A DNA stretch of 64,000 bases, taken from NCBI GenBank assembly GCA_965277805.1, contig OZ255842.1:1024001-1088000 (forward strand), given 5' to 3'. The position numbers and the translations under genes are program-made. How positions within the stretch are numbered: position 1 is the stretch's first letter; each line of letters starts with the position of its first letter. Under the pieces are notes generated by a model. The model was not told the origin of the DNA. It saw nothing but the letters and a program-made list of their open reading frames with translations, and made no database searches. This DNA is from Candidatus Lustribacter sp. Lineage in GTDB: Bacteria; Vulcanimicrobiota; Vulcanimicrobiia; Vulcanimicrobiales; Vulcanimicrobiaceae. Shown here in pieces: positions 46,904 through 60,180 of this stretch.

Positions 46904-48780
46904 GAGCCCGGACCGAACGAGAGCAACATGAAGGCGTCGTTGTAGCGCGTCACCGTGTCGGTGAGCGTTTGGAGCGCGGTCGTGTCGGTCGAAGGTGTCC
47001 AGGGTGTTGCGGGATTGCCGGGCGGTGGCGCGGTACCCGAGCCCGGCGCGTAGATCGACACGGTCGCCCAGGTCGCCCAAATGACGTTACCCGCGCGATC
47101 GATGAGCACGTTGATGCCGTCGCCGATGTTGTGGGTGGTTGTAATAACCCGCGACGGCAGCACCTCGCCTTGCGAAGAGGCCGGAACGATGTCGAGCGTG
47201 CCGTGCTGATCGGCCGAAATGTAGACATTGTTCGCAGCGTCGATGGCGAGACCGTAGATCGCATCCGAACTGAGGTGCGAATTCGCCGTTGAGAACGAGC
47301 GGTTGAACGTGAACCCCGCTCCCGTCGGCGCGAAGGCGAGAACGTCGTCATCGCCGCTCGTCGTTTCGAATGCTTCGATATACACGGTGCCGTCCGAACC
47401 GACGGTAATCGCGTTCGGAACGGTTTGAGTGAACGTTCCCGGTACCGTTACCGCAGCACCGATTGCCGCGCCGGTGGCCGGATTGATCTGTTCGAAGCCG
47501 CCGTTGATTCCGACGAACACCTTGCCGCCCGGTCCGAGCGCAAGCGGTCCGAACGGTCCGGCGACGATCGAACTGCCGGCGGGCCACGCCGGCGTCGTTC
47601 CCGCATCAAAGATGCCGGGCTGGTTGTTGTACCATTCCGTGAAATACGCATGACCGTTGGGGGCGGTCGCCATGCCGACGCCCGGCATGGTTTGCAGCTG
47701 GTTGGTCCCATAGTCGTAGATGACGTCGTTGAGATTGCCAAAGCCGGTCGAGGAACTGCTCGAGTTCGTACCGAGCGAGTACGGTGCGGATGTCGAACTC
47801 GTGAGCAGAAGATTTCCGAGCCGCTGTATGCCGGTGGTGGGGTTGTAGCTTTGCACGTTTCGCCGTGCCGCCGTTGCCCCGCGGCGTGCCTGCGACTCGA
47901 TGCCGGTACTGGGACCGAACGTCACGGGATCGGCGGTGCCGTTCTCCGCACCGGCAGCGTATGCGAAGATGATCGGCTTTGCCGTGAACGCGATTTGCGC
48001 CGTCGCTGTTGTCACCGTGCTCGAGCCGGCCGAGAGCGTGACGCTGGTGGGCTGAAAATAATTGTCATAGGCGAGCGTCGCGTTTCCGGGCGCGGTGAGC
48101 GTGGCCGGAGAGAGCGTCGTCGCTCCCGTCGTGTCGGAGTCCGCGAGCGCGATCGTGACCGCATTCCCGTTTGCATCGGAGAACGGCTGGCTGCCGACGA
48201 TGGTGTTGCCCGCGGCATCCTTGACGTTGACGGTGACGGGAACCGACGTCGCGGCGACGCTCGGGACGGGCGACGTCACAACCAGCGCGACGGTGGCCGG
48301 TACGCCGCCGAGTGAGATCGAGATCGGATTCGCCTGACCGGCGACGATGCTCGCGGTAATCTTGTTGGTGGAAAGCGCGGTACCGGTGCCGGCGGTGTTG
48401 GCGTACGTGGCGACGACGAACTGCTGATTCGCGCCGACCGGCAGCGGCACGTTAACGGTGCACGTCGTACCGCTCGTGCCGCTCGTGCATCCGGGTGACG
48501 TCGGCGTCAGCGCAACGACGACCGGCGAACCAGTCGCGGCCGCAAACGACAGCGATTGCGTCGAGGGCGAAATGTATTGCGCGCGCCGCAACGCTTGCGC
48601 CGCCGTGAGTGCGGGGATGACGATCGACACTTGCGCGTTCGCGGTGCCGCCGGCTTGCGGTGCCCCGTTGGCCGGCAGGGTGGGAACGGATCCCGAACCG
48701 GAGCTGCCGCCGCTGGAGCAGCCGGCAACGAGCAGGGTCAGTGCGACGAGAGCGAGCCGGTGATGCATGATGTTCCTCAT
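46900..48780 (-). CDS. Ser/Thr-rich lipoprotein with Ig-like and beta-propeller repeats
   Basis: VAGC lipobox; RRAQYISPSTQS; repeats ITVGSDGTVYI, LAIDAANNVYI, LIDRAGNVIW. Confidence 0.75.
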   Translation of the reverse strand: MRNIMHHRLALVALTLLVAGCSSGGSSGSGSVPTLPANGAPQAGGTANAQVSIVIPALTAAQALRRAQYISPSTQSLSFAAATGSPVVVALTPTSPGCTSGTSGTTCTVNVPLPVGANQQFVVATYANTAGTGTALSTNKITASIVAGQANPISISLGGVPATVALVVTSPVPSVAATSVPVTVNVKDAAGNTIVGSQPFSDANGNAVTIALADSDTTGATTLSPATLTAPGNATLAYDNYFQPTSVTLSAGSSTVTTATAQIAFTAKPIIFAYAAGAENGTADPVTFGPSTGIESQARRGATAARRNVQSYNPTTGIQRLGNLLLTSSTSAPYSLGTNSSSSSTGFGNLNDVIYDYGTNQLQTMPGVGMATAPNGHAYFTEWYNNQPGIFDAGTTPAWPAGSSIVAGPFGPLALGPGGKVFVGINGGFEQINPATGAAIGAAVTVPGTFTQTVPNAITVGSDGTVYIEAFETTSGDDDVLAFAPTGAGFTFNRSFSTANSHLSSDAIYGLAIDAANNVYISADQHGTLDIVPASSQGEVLPSRVITTTHNIGDGINVLIDRAGNVIWATWATVSIYAPGSGTAPPPGNPATPWTPSTDTTALQTLTDTVTRYNDAFMLLSFGPGS

Positions 48781-49569
48781 CTAGTTCACCGTCACAGGGG
48801 TCGTCGTGACCGTGATGCTGATCTTTCCGGTGGTCGCGCCCGTGACGTCGATCGACGTCGTTCCGGGGCCCGCCGGCGTGACGGTGATGGTGCCGCCCGC
48901 AATCGAAGCGGTCGCGACCGCGGCGTTCTCCGATGTGGCGGTGTAGGCGCCGGTATAACCCGGATAGCTGACCGTGTCGGTCTGCGCCGCGGCGGCGCCG
49001 GTCGTGATGAAGCTCAGCGCCGGCGAGCCGAAGACCAAGACCGGTGCGCTTGTCGCGAAGTCGAACGCGATCGAGCCGCCGGCCGCGAGCGTGTACGTGC
49101 CGCTGGGCGAGGTGGCCATGTACACCGATCCGGTCGACGTCTGCTGCGCCGAGGACGTCAGCTTGCCGGCCGGATCTTGGAAGGTGCCGACGTACGTCGC
49201 CGGTCCGCCGGCGTACGTGATCGTCACGGCGATCGTCCCGCTGAACGTGACCGCTGCGTTGGCCGTCAGGATGACCTCGGCAAACGCGCTCCCATCCGCA
49301 ATGGACGCGGTACTGCGTGCGGCGCTCTGAGTCGCGCTCGCCCCCGTGAGCCCCCGCACCGACAGGACCGTCCCGGCCCCGGCGGTCACTGTCGGCAGCG
49401 TGATCGTCCCCGCCGTCAGCGATCCCGAGGCCGGGACCGCGATCTGGGCATTGGACGTCGCAACGGGTTGCGACGGCGGAACCGGGGTGGAGTCGACCCC
49501 TCCCCCGCCACAGGAAGCCAAGAGAAGCGCAGCGCTAAATAGCGGCGCAAGCAAGCGAACAGACACCAA
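48781..49569 (-). CDS. Ser/Thr-rich lipoprotein with Ig-like C-terminal domain
   Basis: LASC lipobox; YTGAYTATSENAAVAT..ITVTP..GTTSI. Confidence 0.7.
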   Translation of the reverse strand: MVSVRLLAPLFSAALLLASCGGGGVDSTPVPPSQPVATSNAQIAVPASGSLTAGTITLPTVTAGAGTVLSVRGLTGASATQSAARSTASIADGSAFAEVILTANAAVTFSGTIAVTITYAGGPATYVGTFQDPAGKLTSSAQQTSTGSVYMATSPSGTYTLAAGGSIAFDFATSAPVLVFGSPALSFITTGAAAAQTDTVSYPGYTGAYTATSENAAVATASIAGGTITVTPAGPGTTSIDVTGATTGKISITVTTTPVTVN

Positions 49570-49676
49570 GAAACACCCTCAATCAAACAAAGCGCCGCCA
49601 CAATGCGGCCGCTATCTTCTGTGTACCTTCGGACGCCCACCCAGCGATCACGTACTAGCCCGCTGACCAAAGCTAG

Positions 49677-49705
49677 TGTCGCCCCGAGCTCGTCGAGGGG
49701 CAGCC
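49677..49705 (+). repeat. REP-like palindrome just upstream of the rpoC promoter
   Basis: TGTCGCCCCGAGCTCGTCGAGGGGCAGCC. Confidence 0.8.
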
Positions 49706-49718
49706 ACCCGGCCCGTCC

Positions 49719-49747
49719 TTGACCGAAATTGCATTAAGGCGTACAAT
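49719..49747 (+). promoter_or_regulatory. Sigma70 promoter of rpoC
   Basis: TTGACC-N17-TACAAT. Confidence 0.85.
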
Positions 49748-49753
49748 ACCTGC

Positions 49754-49906
49754 CTATGCCCCTCGGTCGATAACGCGGATCCAAGGAACGTCAACGGCGA
49801 TTCTCTGGACCGCTGTGCCTATTTCCGGCACTCAGCGCCTCCTGCGCCATCCAAGACGTCACCTCGATCGCCTCTGATCGCCGAGTCGCTCAGATAAGGA
49901 CGATAC
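49754..49906 (+). promoter_or_regulatory. Structured rpoC 5' leader (candidate cis-regulatory RNA)
   Basis: Hairpins 49775-49813 and 49815-49831, long-range CTCGG/CCGAG pairing, SD TAAGGA at 49895-49900. Confidence 0.5.
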
Positions 49907-53719
<3,813 letters not shown>

Positions 53720-53723
53720 GGTT

Positions 53724-53752
53724 TGTCATCCCGAGCTTGACGAGGGACCGCC
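53724..53752 (+). repeat. REP-like palindrome after rpoC
   Basis: TGTCATCCCGAGCTTGACGAGGGACCGCC. Confidence 0.9.
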
Positions 53753-53774
53753 TCAATCAAGCCCTTGGAAATGG

Positions 53775-53808
53775 AAGAGCCCCGCTAACGCGGGGCTCTT
53801 TTGTTTTT
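53775..53808 (+). terminator. Intrinsic terminator of rpoC (possibly bidirectional)
   Basis: AAGAGCCCCGC-TAAC-GCGGGGCTCTT followed by TTGTTTTT. Confidence 0.92.
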
Positions 53809-53959
53809 AGAACGGCTTCTCATCATAGTTGCAATAATGCGTCCCCGCATGCCCGACGTCTTTCGAGCACGCCCCCTTATCGCAGTTCGGACACTTGGCC
53901 ATGCACCGTGCAACACCAAAACCCACCAAACCAGCAAACTTCAAAAACAACGTTTTCAT
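53807..53959 (-). CDS. 50-aa Cys/His-rich microprotein
   Basis: MKTLFLKFAGLVGFGVARCMAKCPNCDKGACSKDVGHAGTHYCNYDEKPF; AAAGG upstream, fills the gap between receptor gene and terminator. Confidence 0.65.
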   Translation of the reverse strand: MKTLFLKFAGLVGFGVARCMAKCPNCDKGACSKDVGHAGTHYCNYDEKPF

Positions 53960-53998
53960 CGAGAGCCTTTCATGAGGTAGTGCGCAGAAAAAAAGCCG

Positions 53999-55891
53999 CT
54001 ACTGCGCGAGAGCGGTTGTACCCGACGTAAAGGCCGCCGCTAGCCGCCGTTGCGCGTCCTCGAGTTGACGGCGCAACGACGTAGCGCGAACGTGCTCGCG
54101 CGCCATCGCCGCCGCGCGCACGAGTTGTTCGAGGCAAGCGATCTCATCGGGTGAAAGATCCGTGCCGCTCGCGTGCCCGCCGTACAACACGAACGCATCG
54201 ACGCTGCGCCCCACGGCAAGCGGAATCACGATCGCCGGAAACGCCGGCCCCTGCGGAAGGTCGTCGTTCGCGCGCAACAGCTCGTCCAAGCGCAGCGAAT
54301 CAGGAAACTCGCGGAAGTGCAGCACGATCGGATCGTCGGCCCCGAAGTGTGTCGCCGCGTTCGCCGGCCAACCGCGCGCATTAGGCGCCAGCGCAAACGA
54401 ACCGTCGTCCTGGATCCGGAAAAGCGCCGCAGACGTAATCCCAAATGCCGTGCACGGTGCCTCGGTCAATTGCGCTTCCACGCCTTCCACCGTGTTGGCA
54501 GTAGGCAACATCGCCGCGACCGCGGCCAGCCGCTTTTCGGATTCGTGAAAACTGCGGAAGCAGATGCGATCGACGGTATGATTGAGCCATTCCTGGAGCC
54601 GCTCGAGGAACGGCGCCGCCGCAACGATCACGATGGCAGCGAGCACGCTCGAGAGCAAATGGTTGTTGTCGAGGAAGGTGTGGGCGAGGATCAGCAGCGC
54701 CTCGACGCCCATCGTGACGAACACCCAAACGATGCCGAGCACGATGCCGCGGTTGAGCAGAAAGGCGATGGGCAGCACGCGTTCGCGAATGACCGCATAG
54801 GCAACGCTCACTGCTACCAGCGCATTGACCATGTAGGCGAGGTTCAACCAGATCTCGGGCGGTTGCCAATGAAGCCAATCCCACAGCCCTTGCCACATCG
54901 ACGTGGATTCGATGCTGTCGGCGATAATGAAGAAGATCAAACCCGGAATGCAGCCGGCGATCACCCAGCGCAGCCGCAGCCGATCGGTGGTCGAGAGAAC
55001 GCGCAACTTCGTAAGGAACGCAAACACGACCAGCGGATAGACGGCATACGCCAACCCATACGCCACACGCGAGACCGTCTCGGAGTGCCGGCCGAATTCC
55101 GTGCCGAAGCTCGACATCCCAAGCCCGGCGAGCACGACGAAAAAAAACGGCAACAGCCGCTCGACCGGCGCGCGCCAATTCTCCGCGCGATCGGTGGGAA
55201 AGCGCAGCGCGAATTGCAGAAATCCCACCACGCCGGCGGCCTCAAAGATCGCCTGCAGCGCTTCTTGATACAGCATCAAGTTCGGCGGCAGATAGGCATA
55301 GAACGTGAAGTACTGGCCCGGATTGAACCAGATGGCGAAGAGAAAGAAGCCGAGCGTCGAGCGGCGCGGATAATTCCACACGAGGAATGCCGCAAGCAAA
55401 ATGAACGCGATGCCGAGGATCTGATCGGCTTCGAGTACGATGTCGTCGGGCACCGTCAGGTCGTCCCTGGTCGCGGTGAGCGTCACCGGGACGACCTGCC
55501 CATCGGGCTCGATTAGGCGCAGCCTCACGGCGCGTCCGATCGGCAAGTACTGCATGCCGCCGAGCCCGCCGAAAACTTCCATCAGCCCATCTTGCAGTGG
55601 CGCTCGCTCCGCGGGATCCGCAAGGTCATCCGTGTGCAAGTCGATGGCGTCGCCAGGATGACCCGAAGCTGATGCGATGATGTGCGCCTGCGCCGCCGCG
55701 CTATCCGGAACGACGGAGATGATGTTGCCGTCGTTATCGGCGGAAAGGCCGATCGAGCCGAGCGGCTTGAACGGACGCGTGCAATCCGGCACGATCACCG
55801 CCAGCGCCCATGCCGTAAGCAAGACGATGAAGAACCGAACCGGCCACGATCGAATCCCCAAGGGAAAAAGCGGATAGCGCACCCACGTCAT
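53999..55891 (-). CDS. Multi-pass membrane sensor: PDZ-like domain, about ten hydrophobic segments, GAF-like domain, no catalytic output
   Basis: IISVVPDSAAAQAHI..PGDAI; FALRFP; RLRLRWV; AYAVIRER; AIVIPL..FVLYGGH..DLSPDE..LEQL. Confidence 0.75.
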   Translation of the reverse strand: MTWVRYPLFPLGIRSWPVRFFIVLLTAWALAVIVPDCTRPFKPLGSIGLSADNDGNIISVVPDSAAAQAHIIASASGHPGDAIDLHTDDLADPAERAPLQDGLMEVFGGLGGMQYLPIGRAVRLRLIEPDGQVVPVTLTATRDDLTVPDDIVLEADQILGIAFILLAAFLVWNYPRRSTLGFFLFAIWFNPGQYFTFYAYLPPNLMLYQEALQAIFEAAGVVGFLQFALRFPTDRAENWRAPVERLLPFFFVVLAGLGMSSFGTEFGRHSETVSRVAYGLAYAVYPLVVFAFLTKLRVLSTTDRLRLRWVIAGCIPGLIFFIIADSIESTSMWQGLWDWLHWQPPEIWLNLAYMVNALVAVSVAYAVIRERVLPIAFLLNRGIVLGIVWVFVTMGVEALLILAHTFLDNNHLLSSVLAAIVIVAAAPFLERLQEWLNHTVDRICFRSFHESEKRLAAVAAMLPTANTVEGVEAQLTEAPCTAFGITSAALFRIQDDGSFALAPNARGWPANAATHFGADDPIVLHFREFPDSLRLDELLRANDDLPQGPAFPAIVIPLAVGRSVDAFVLYGGHASGTDLSPDEIACLEQLVRAAAMAREHVRATSLRRQLEDAQRRLAAAFTSGTTALAQ

Positions 55892-55949
55892 CCAGCCCTT
55901 TCAACCACAGGCTCCCCTGCTTACCCACCATGTGAGCGCGCGACCCACT

Positions 55950-55977
55950 TGTCATCCCGAGCAACGTCGAGGGAAGC
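55950..55977 (+). repeat. REP-like palindrome
   Basis: TGTCATCCCGAGCAACGTCGAGGGAAGC. Confidence 0.8.
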
Positions 55978-55990
55978 TCCCGCATCAGGC

Positions 55991-56545
55991 CTATCGAGCG
56001 GCGTCCGCAGGAACGAACGTAAGCCTGACCGTGTCATCGCCCAAGGATGTGGTATCGATCAGCCGCAGTGGCGTTCGCGCACGGGCAAAGTACGGCTTCC
56101 CGCGCCCAAGAATAAACGGACGATAGTAGAGCTGATACTCGTCGACAAGACCGAGGTCAGCAAGGTTCGCGGCCAGATCCGGCCCGCCAACCGCGATTTC
56201 GCCATCGACCTCTGCTTTCAACCGGCGAGCGACGGTCGCGACATCGTCCACAAGCGTAGCGTTGGGTCCAACCGATGTCAGCGTGCGAGACGCGACCCAT
56301 TTCGGCATCGCGCGCCACGCCGCAGCGAATTCGTACTCGGCCGCGCTCCACCCCGGCTGGTCCTCATCCCAGCTGCGCATAACTTCGTACAGGCGGCGAC
56401 CATAGATACTACCTGCGAGCTTACCAACATAGTCAATCCAATACCGAAAGAGCACGACGTCCGGCGGCGGCATCTCCAACTCGCCATCGACGCCCCCAAT
56501 GTAACCGTCGAGCGAGAGCTGCATGCCAAAGACAAGTTTCGCCAT
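55991..56545 (-). CDS. Dihydrofolate reductase/RibD C-terminal family protein
   Basis: MQLSLDGYI, YGRRLYE, PKWVASRTL, GGPDLA, VDEYQLYYRP..LGRGKP. Confidence 0.9.
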   Translation of the reverse strand: MAKLVFGMQLSLDGYIGGVDGELEMPPPDVVLFRYWIDYVGKLAGSIYGRRLYEVMRSWDEDQPGWSAAEYEFAAAWRAMPKWVASRTLTSVGPNATLVDDVATVARRLKAEVDGEIAVGGPDLAANLADLGLVDEYQLYYRPFILGRGKPYFARARTPLRLIDTTSLGDDTVRLTFVPADAAR

Positions 56546-56593
56546 ATCTCAGCGAAGCCGCCGAAGTAGTAACATCGTGCTGGGTCTCCTATC

Positions 56594-57556
56594 TCATTTC
56601 GCGAGTAGAGCGACGGGGTTGATCATATCGCGTGCGTTCGCACGGTGCGCGAGCGAATGCTCGTCAAATGACGCATCCAGCACCGGCTGCATCAGGGCCG
56701 GATCGAAAGCCTCGCCGTACGCCGCGCGTCGCATCTTGCCGAGCAATTCGGGCGGAAAGGGGGTGTATTTTTGGAGGATCGCGCCCGAGGCGGCAGCGTT
56801 GACAGGATTGTTGGCCCACCCCGCCGCTTCATGCGTAGCGCTCACGAAGCGCTTCGCGGCATCGGGATTGTTCTTCACCCAATCCGCGGTCGCGAACCAC
56901 GCGGTCACCTGGACGGGATTGCCGATCGCGTCGTACGGCGAGCCGATATCCCGAAGCTGGTCGAACGATGCGGTGAGCGCGGGCTCGTTCAGTTCGGCGG
57001 CGGCAACGGTCCCGTGGGCGACGGCGGCGGCCATCGCAACCTGCGGCATCTCGACGAACTTGATCGTGGTCAGATCGGCGCCATTTTTCTCCAGCCACTT
57101 CATGGTCGAAACGCGAGCCGGACCGGTGAGCGACGGGACAGCAATGGTAAGCCCGTTGAGGTCCTTCGCGGTGTGAATCGGCGCGTTCTTGGCAACTACG
57201 ACGCCGCTCGTGCCGAGCGCGCCGCGGTGCATGAATCCGGGGGCGAGCAGCGTGAGCGAAATGCCGTGATCGCGTGCGTTCGCGACCGCGGTGATGTCGC
57301 TCTCACCGATGTCCACGCTGCCGCCGGCGACGGCGCTTGCTATGCCGGCGCCGCTTCCCGCGCGAATCGTCTGGATCTCGCTCGTGATGCCGTATTTCTT
57401 GTAGATGCCCAAGTCTTGGGCGTAGTAGCACAACGCGTTGCCGTCGTTGCCCGGCGTGGCAATGCGTATCACGATCGGCGTCGTTTGCGCGCGCGCCGGT
57501 TGAAGCGTCCCCACCGCGAACACGGCCATTGCGGCTAGTGCATTACGTCGACGCAT
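56594..57556 (-). CDS. SsuA/THI5-type solute-binding protein (Tat-like signal)
   Basis: MRRRNAL; LGIYKKYGI; AKDLNGLTIAV; WAN. Confidence 0.85.
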   Translation of the reverse strand: MRRRNALAAMAVFAVGTLQPARAQTTPIVIRIATPGNDGNALCYYAQDLGIYKKYGITSEIQTIRAGSGAGIASAVAGGSVDIGESDITAVANARDHGISLTLLAPGFMHRGALGTSGVVVAKNAPIHTAKDLNGLTIAVPSLTGPARVSTMKWLEKNGADLTTIKFVEMPQVAMAAAVAHGTVAAAELNEPALTASFDQLRDIGSPYDAIGNPVQVTAWFATADWVKNNPDAAKRFVSATHEAAGWANNPVNAAASGAILQKYTPFPPELLGKMRRAAYGEAFDPALMQPVLDASFDEHSLAHRANARDMINPVALLAK

Positions 57557-57557
57557 G

Positions 57558-58822
57558 CTAGTAGCGCGCGACCCGGGCAACGGCGGCAACAGCGCGCCAG
57601 TCATCGCCGGCCGGCACGATCTCCTCGAACGCGCGCACGAAGCCGTGTGCGGCCGGGTCGACACCACGTGGCTCGCCACCAGCTTCGACGACGGCGACAG
57701 CCTCGAGCAACATCTGGCGCATGACGATGATCGCACGGTCGGTCGTCCCAAGGTGTTCTCGCGAGCGGTCGACCACCGGCCCCATCCCCTCTTGCACCGC
57801 GAAGTCTTGCGTGTTGATCCCGGCGATACCGGTGAAGCTGCGGGTGCGCTGCACGTCCCGGTCGACGAGATAGTCGTTCGAAGCGTTCTTCTTGAGGTGA
57901 AAGTCCGGCAGTAAATCGCCCGGCCCACGTCCCGCGCCGATTTTCATCGCCATCGCTTCCTCGTGCGGAATCGGCCGTTCGGGGTCGGTCGAATAGTGAA
58001 TGTTGAAGACCGCAGTCGTTACGCAGTCCATCGGCACCCGCAGATGGCCGTCAATGCGCGGCGCGAACGAACCGCCGCGCGGCCCGCTCGTCATCCCACG
58101 TAACTGCATCGAGGGCATGACATACTGGTAGCCGCGCAGCCACGCATCTCCGGCACGGCTGCGCAGACCGGTGTATTGATATCCGTACGCCGTGGGCTCA
58201 ACGTCGATGCGCGGAACCGTGGCTTCGTAGTCGCGCAGCCACGAGCGGTCGCCGATGTTGCCGTTGTGCATGATCGTTGCGTGCGAGGAGTCGAGCCCGC
58301 CTTCGAGTGCTTGCAAGTAGTTGCAGTCCTCGAGCGTCTTCGAAATGAAGCGGTGCGTGGGCGGGGTACGGATGAACTCGTAGTTCGGCCGGCCGGGCAT
58401 TGATGTAGCGGGACCGAGGTACGCCCAGACGATGTCGCCGCCTTCCCAGGTCGGGTAGGCCGTGATGGTGACTTTGCTCTTGAAGACGAATCCGGCGGTT
58501 CTGACGGCATGTCGACACAGGATCCGTCGCGATCGAATTTCCAGCCGTGGTAGACGCAACGCAGCCCGCACTCTTCATTGCGGCCGAAGAACATCGGTGC
58601 CCGGCGGTGAGGACAGAACGCATCGACTAGGCCGACATTTCCGTCGGAGTCGCGGAATGCGATCAGGTCCTCGCCGAGCAGCCGCACGCGTATCGGTGCG
58701 CCGTCGCGTTCGGGCAATTCGTCGCTCAAGAGCACCGGCAGCCAATAGCGCCGCCAGAGGTTGCCCATCGGGGTCCCGGGGCTCACGCGCGTCAAGCGCT
58801 CGTTCTCCGCCTGCGAGAGCAT
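57558..58822 (-). pseudogene. Rieske oxygenase (paralog of 12022..13290), frameshifted near 58486
   Basis: N-half MLSQAENERLTRV..CPHR..CVYH..SEPPDS in one frame; FKSKVTITAYPTW..EHLGTTD in another; one base missing. Confidence 0.8.
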
Positions 58823-58826
58823 CGCG

Positions 58827-60124
58827 CTAGTTCCGCGCCCCGACCGGCTCCTCGAGCGAGCGCTTGAACTTCGCTCCGTTATACGCCGCAAACACTTTGC
58901 GAAGATCGTCGACAATGGGCGACGAGCGTAAGCCCGAACGGCGAACGACACTGTCGAATCCGTCGGTGAAGTTCGATTTGTCGCGCTCGACCGCGAACTG
59001 GATGAGCGTGTTCCGGGCGGGATCGCGCAACGTTCCCATCGGATCCTCGTCGGCTTCGACTTTCGCCAGCTCGCGTTTGAGCATCTGCCGGTAAAGGATC
59101 ACGCCCTCATCCGTCGTGCCGAGCCGCTCGAGATCGCGCTTGGCAATATTTCCCTGTGACTCCCACGCCATCACGTCTTGCACGCCGATCGTGTCGAGCA
59201 TGTAAGTGCCGCGTTCGTCGCGCACGGGCATTTCGTGAAAGTACAGGCGGTCGAGCAAATACGCCGGCACCTCGGCATCGCGGGTGGCTCGAACGCATAG
59301 TACCAGTAGTGCATCGTGTGCTCGTCGTCGATCGGCACGCGCAGCTGATAGCTGTGCACTTTCCAGAGGTGACCGCCGCCGCTCCCAACCGCGAGCATGT
59401 TCGGGAAGATCACCGGATGTCCGGTCTTCCAGTCGTCGGCATCTTCCGTCTGTCCTTCGAGCAGCCGCCGCTTGTACACGCCGAATTCGAATTCATCGAA
59501 CGCGATCTTGAGCTGCTTCTTCGCAATGGGAAACTTCTGTCCGGTGCCCTCTTCGAGAAATTCGAGCAGCGCGCCGTGCAGCCACTGGGTGTGAATCGGG
59601 TCGAGCGAGTTCTCCATGATCTGCAGCCAGTTGCATTTCACGGAATACCACGCGCACGTGCGGATCTTGTTCTCGCCGGCGAGGCCGTCCCAGCGCGGCA
59701 AGAGAGGCGCGGGCTGCGGCCCGAGATACGCCCACAATAACCCGCCCATCTCTTCGACCGGATAAGCCGTGGTAGCGCACTTGTCTTTGAACGTACTGCC
59801 CTCGGGTTCGTTCGGCTGTTCGATGCAGCGCCCGGTGAGATCGAACTTCCAGCCGTGATAGGGACAGCGAATGCCGTCGGCGTCGGGGATGCCGTAGGCG
59901 AACGACGCGCGCCGGTGCGGACACTGCTCCGCGATCAGCCCGAAACGCCCGCTGCGATCGCGGAACAGCACGAGATCCTCACCGAGAAGGCGCACGCGTC
60001 GCGTCCACTTCGTCGCCAGGTCCTCGGCCGCGGCCACGACATGCCAGTAGCGGCGCTGCAGGATCCCCATCGGCGTGCCGGGACCAACCTGGGTGAGTTG
60101 CACGTTGTCTCTCTCGCTCAACAT
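58827..60124 (-). pseudogene. Rieske oxygenase (phthalate dioxygenase type), frameshifted near 59281
   Basis: MLSERDNVQLTQV..CPHR..CPYHGW..ENSLDPIH..LH in one frame; QDVMAWESQG..ERLGTTD in another. Confidence 0.8.
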
Positions 60125-60180
60125 GCAAGTCGCCTTCCGTCGCAGCAGGAACCGGGCCTGCCCAAGCTTGAGGAAGGCCC

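Noticed and set aside
53737-54030. 97-aa plus-strand ORF after rpoC
   Set aside because: Starts inside a REP and runs through a strong terminator; the minus-strand 50-aa ORF fits better
58480-59290. Programmed frameshifting or phase variation in the Rieske genes
   Set aside because: No slippery heptamer, homopolymer or simple repeat at either site
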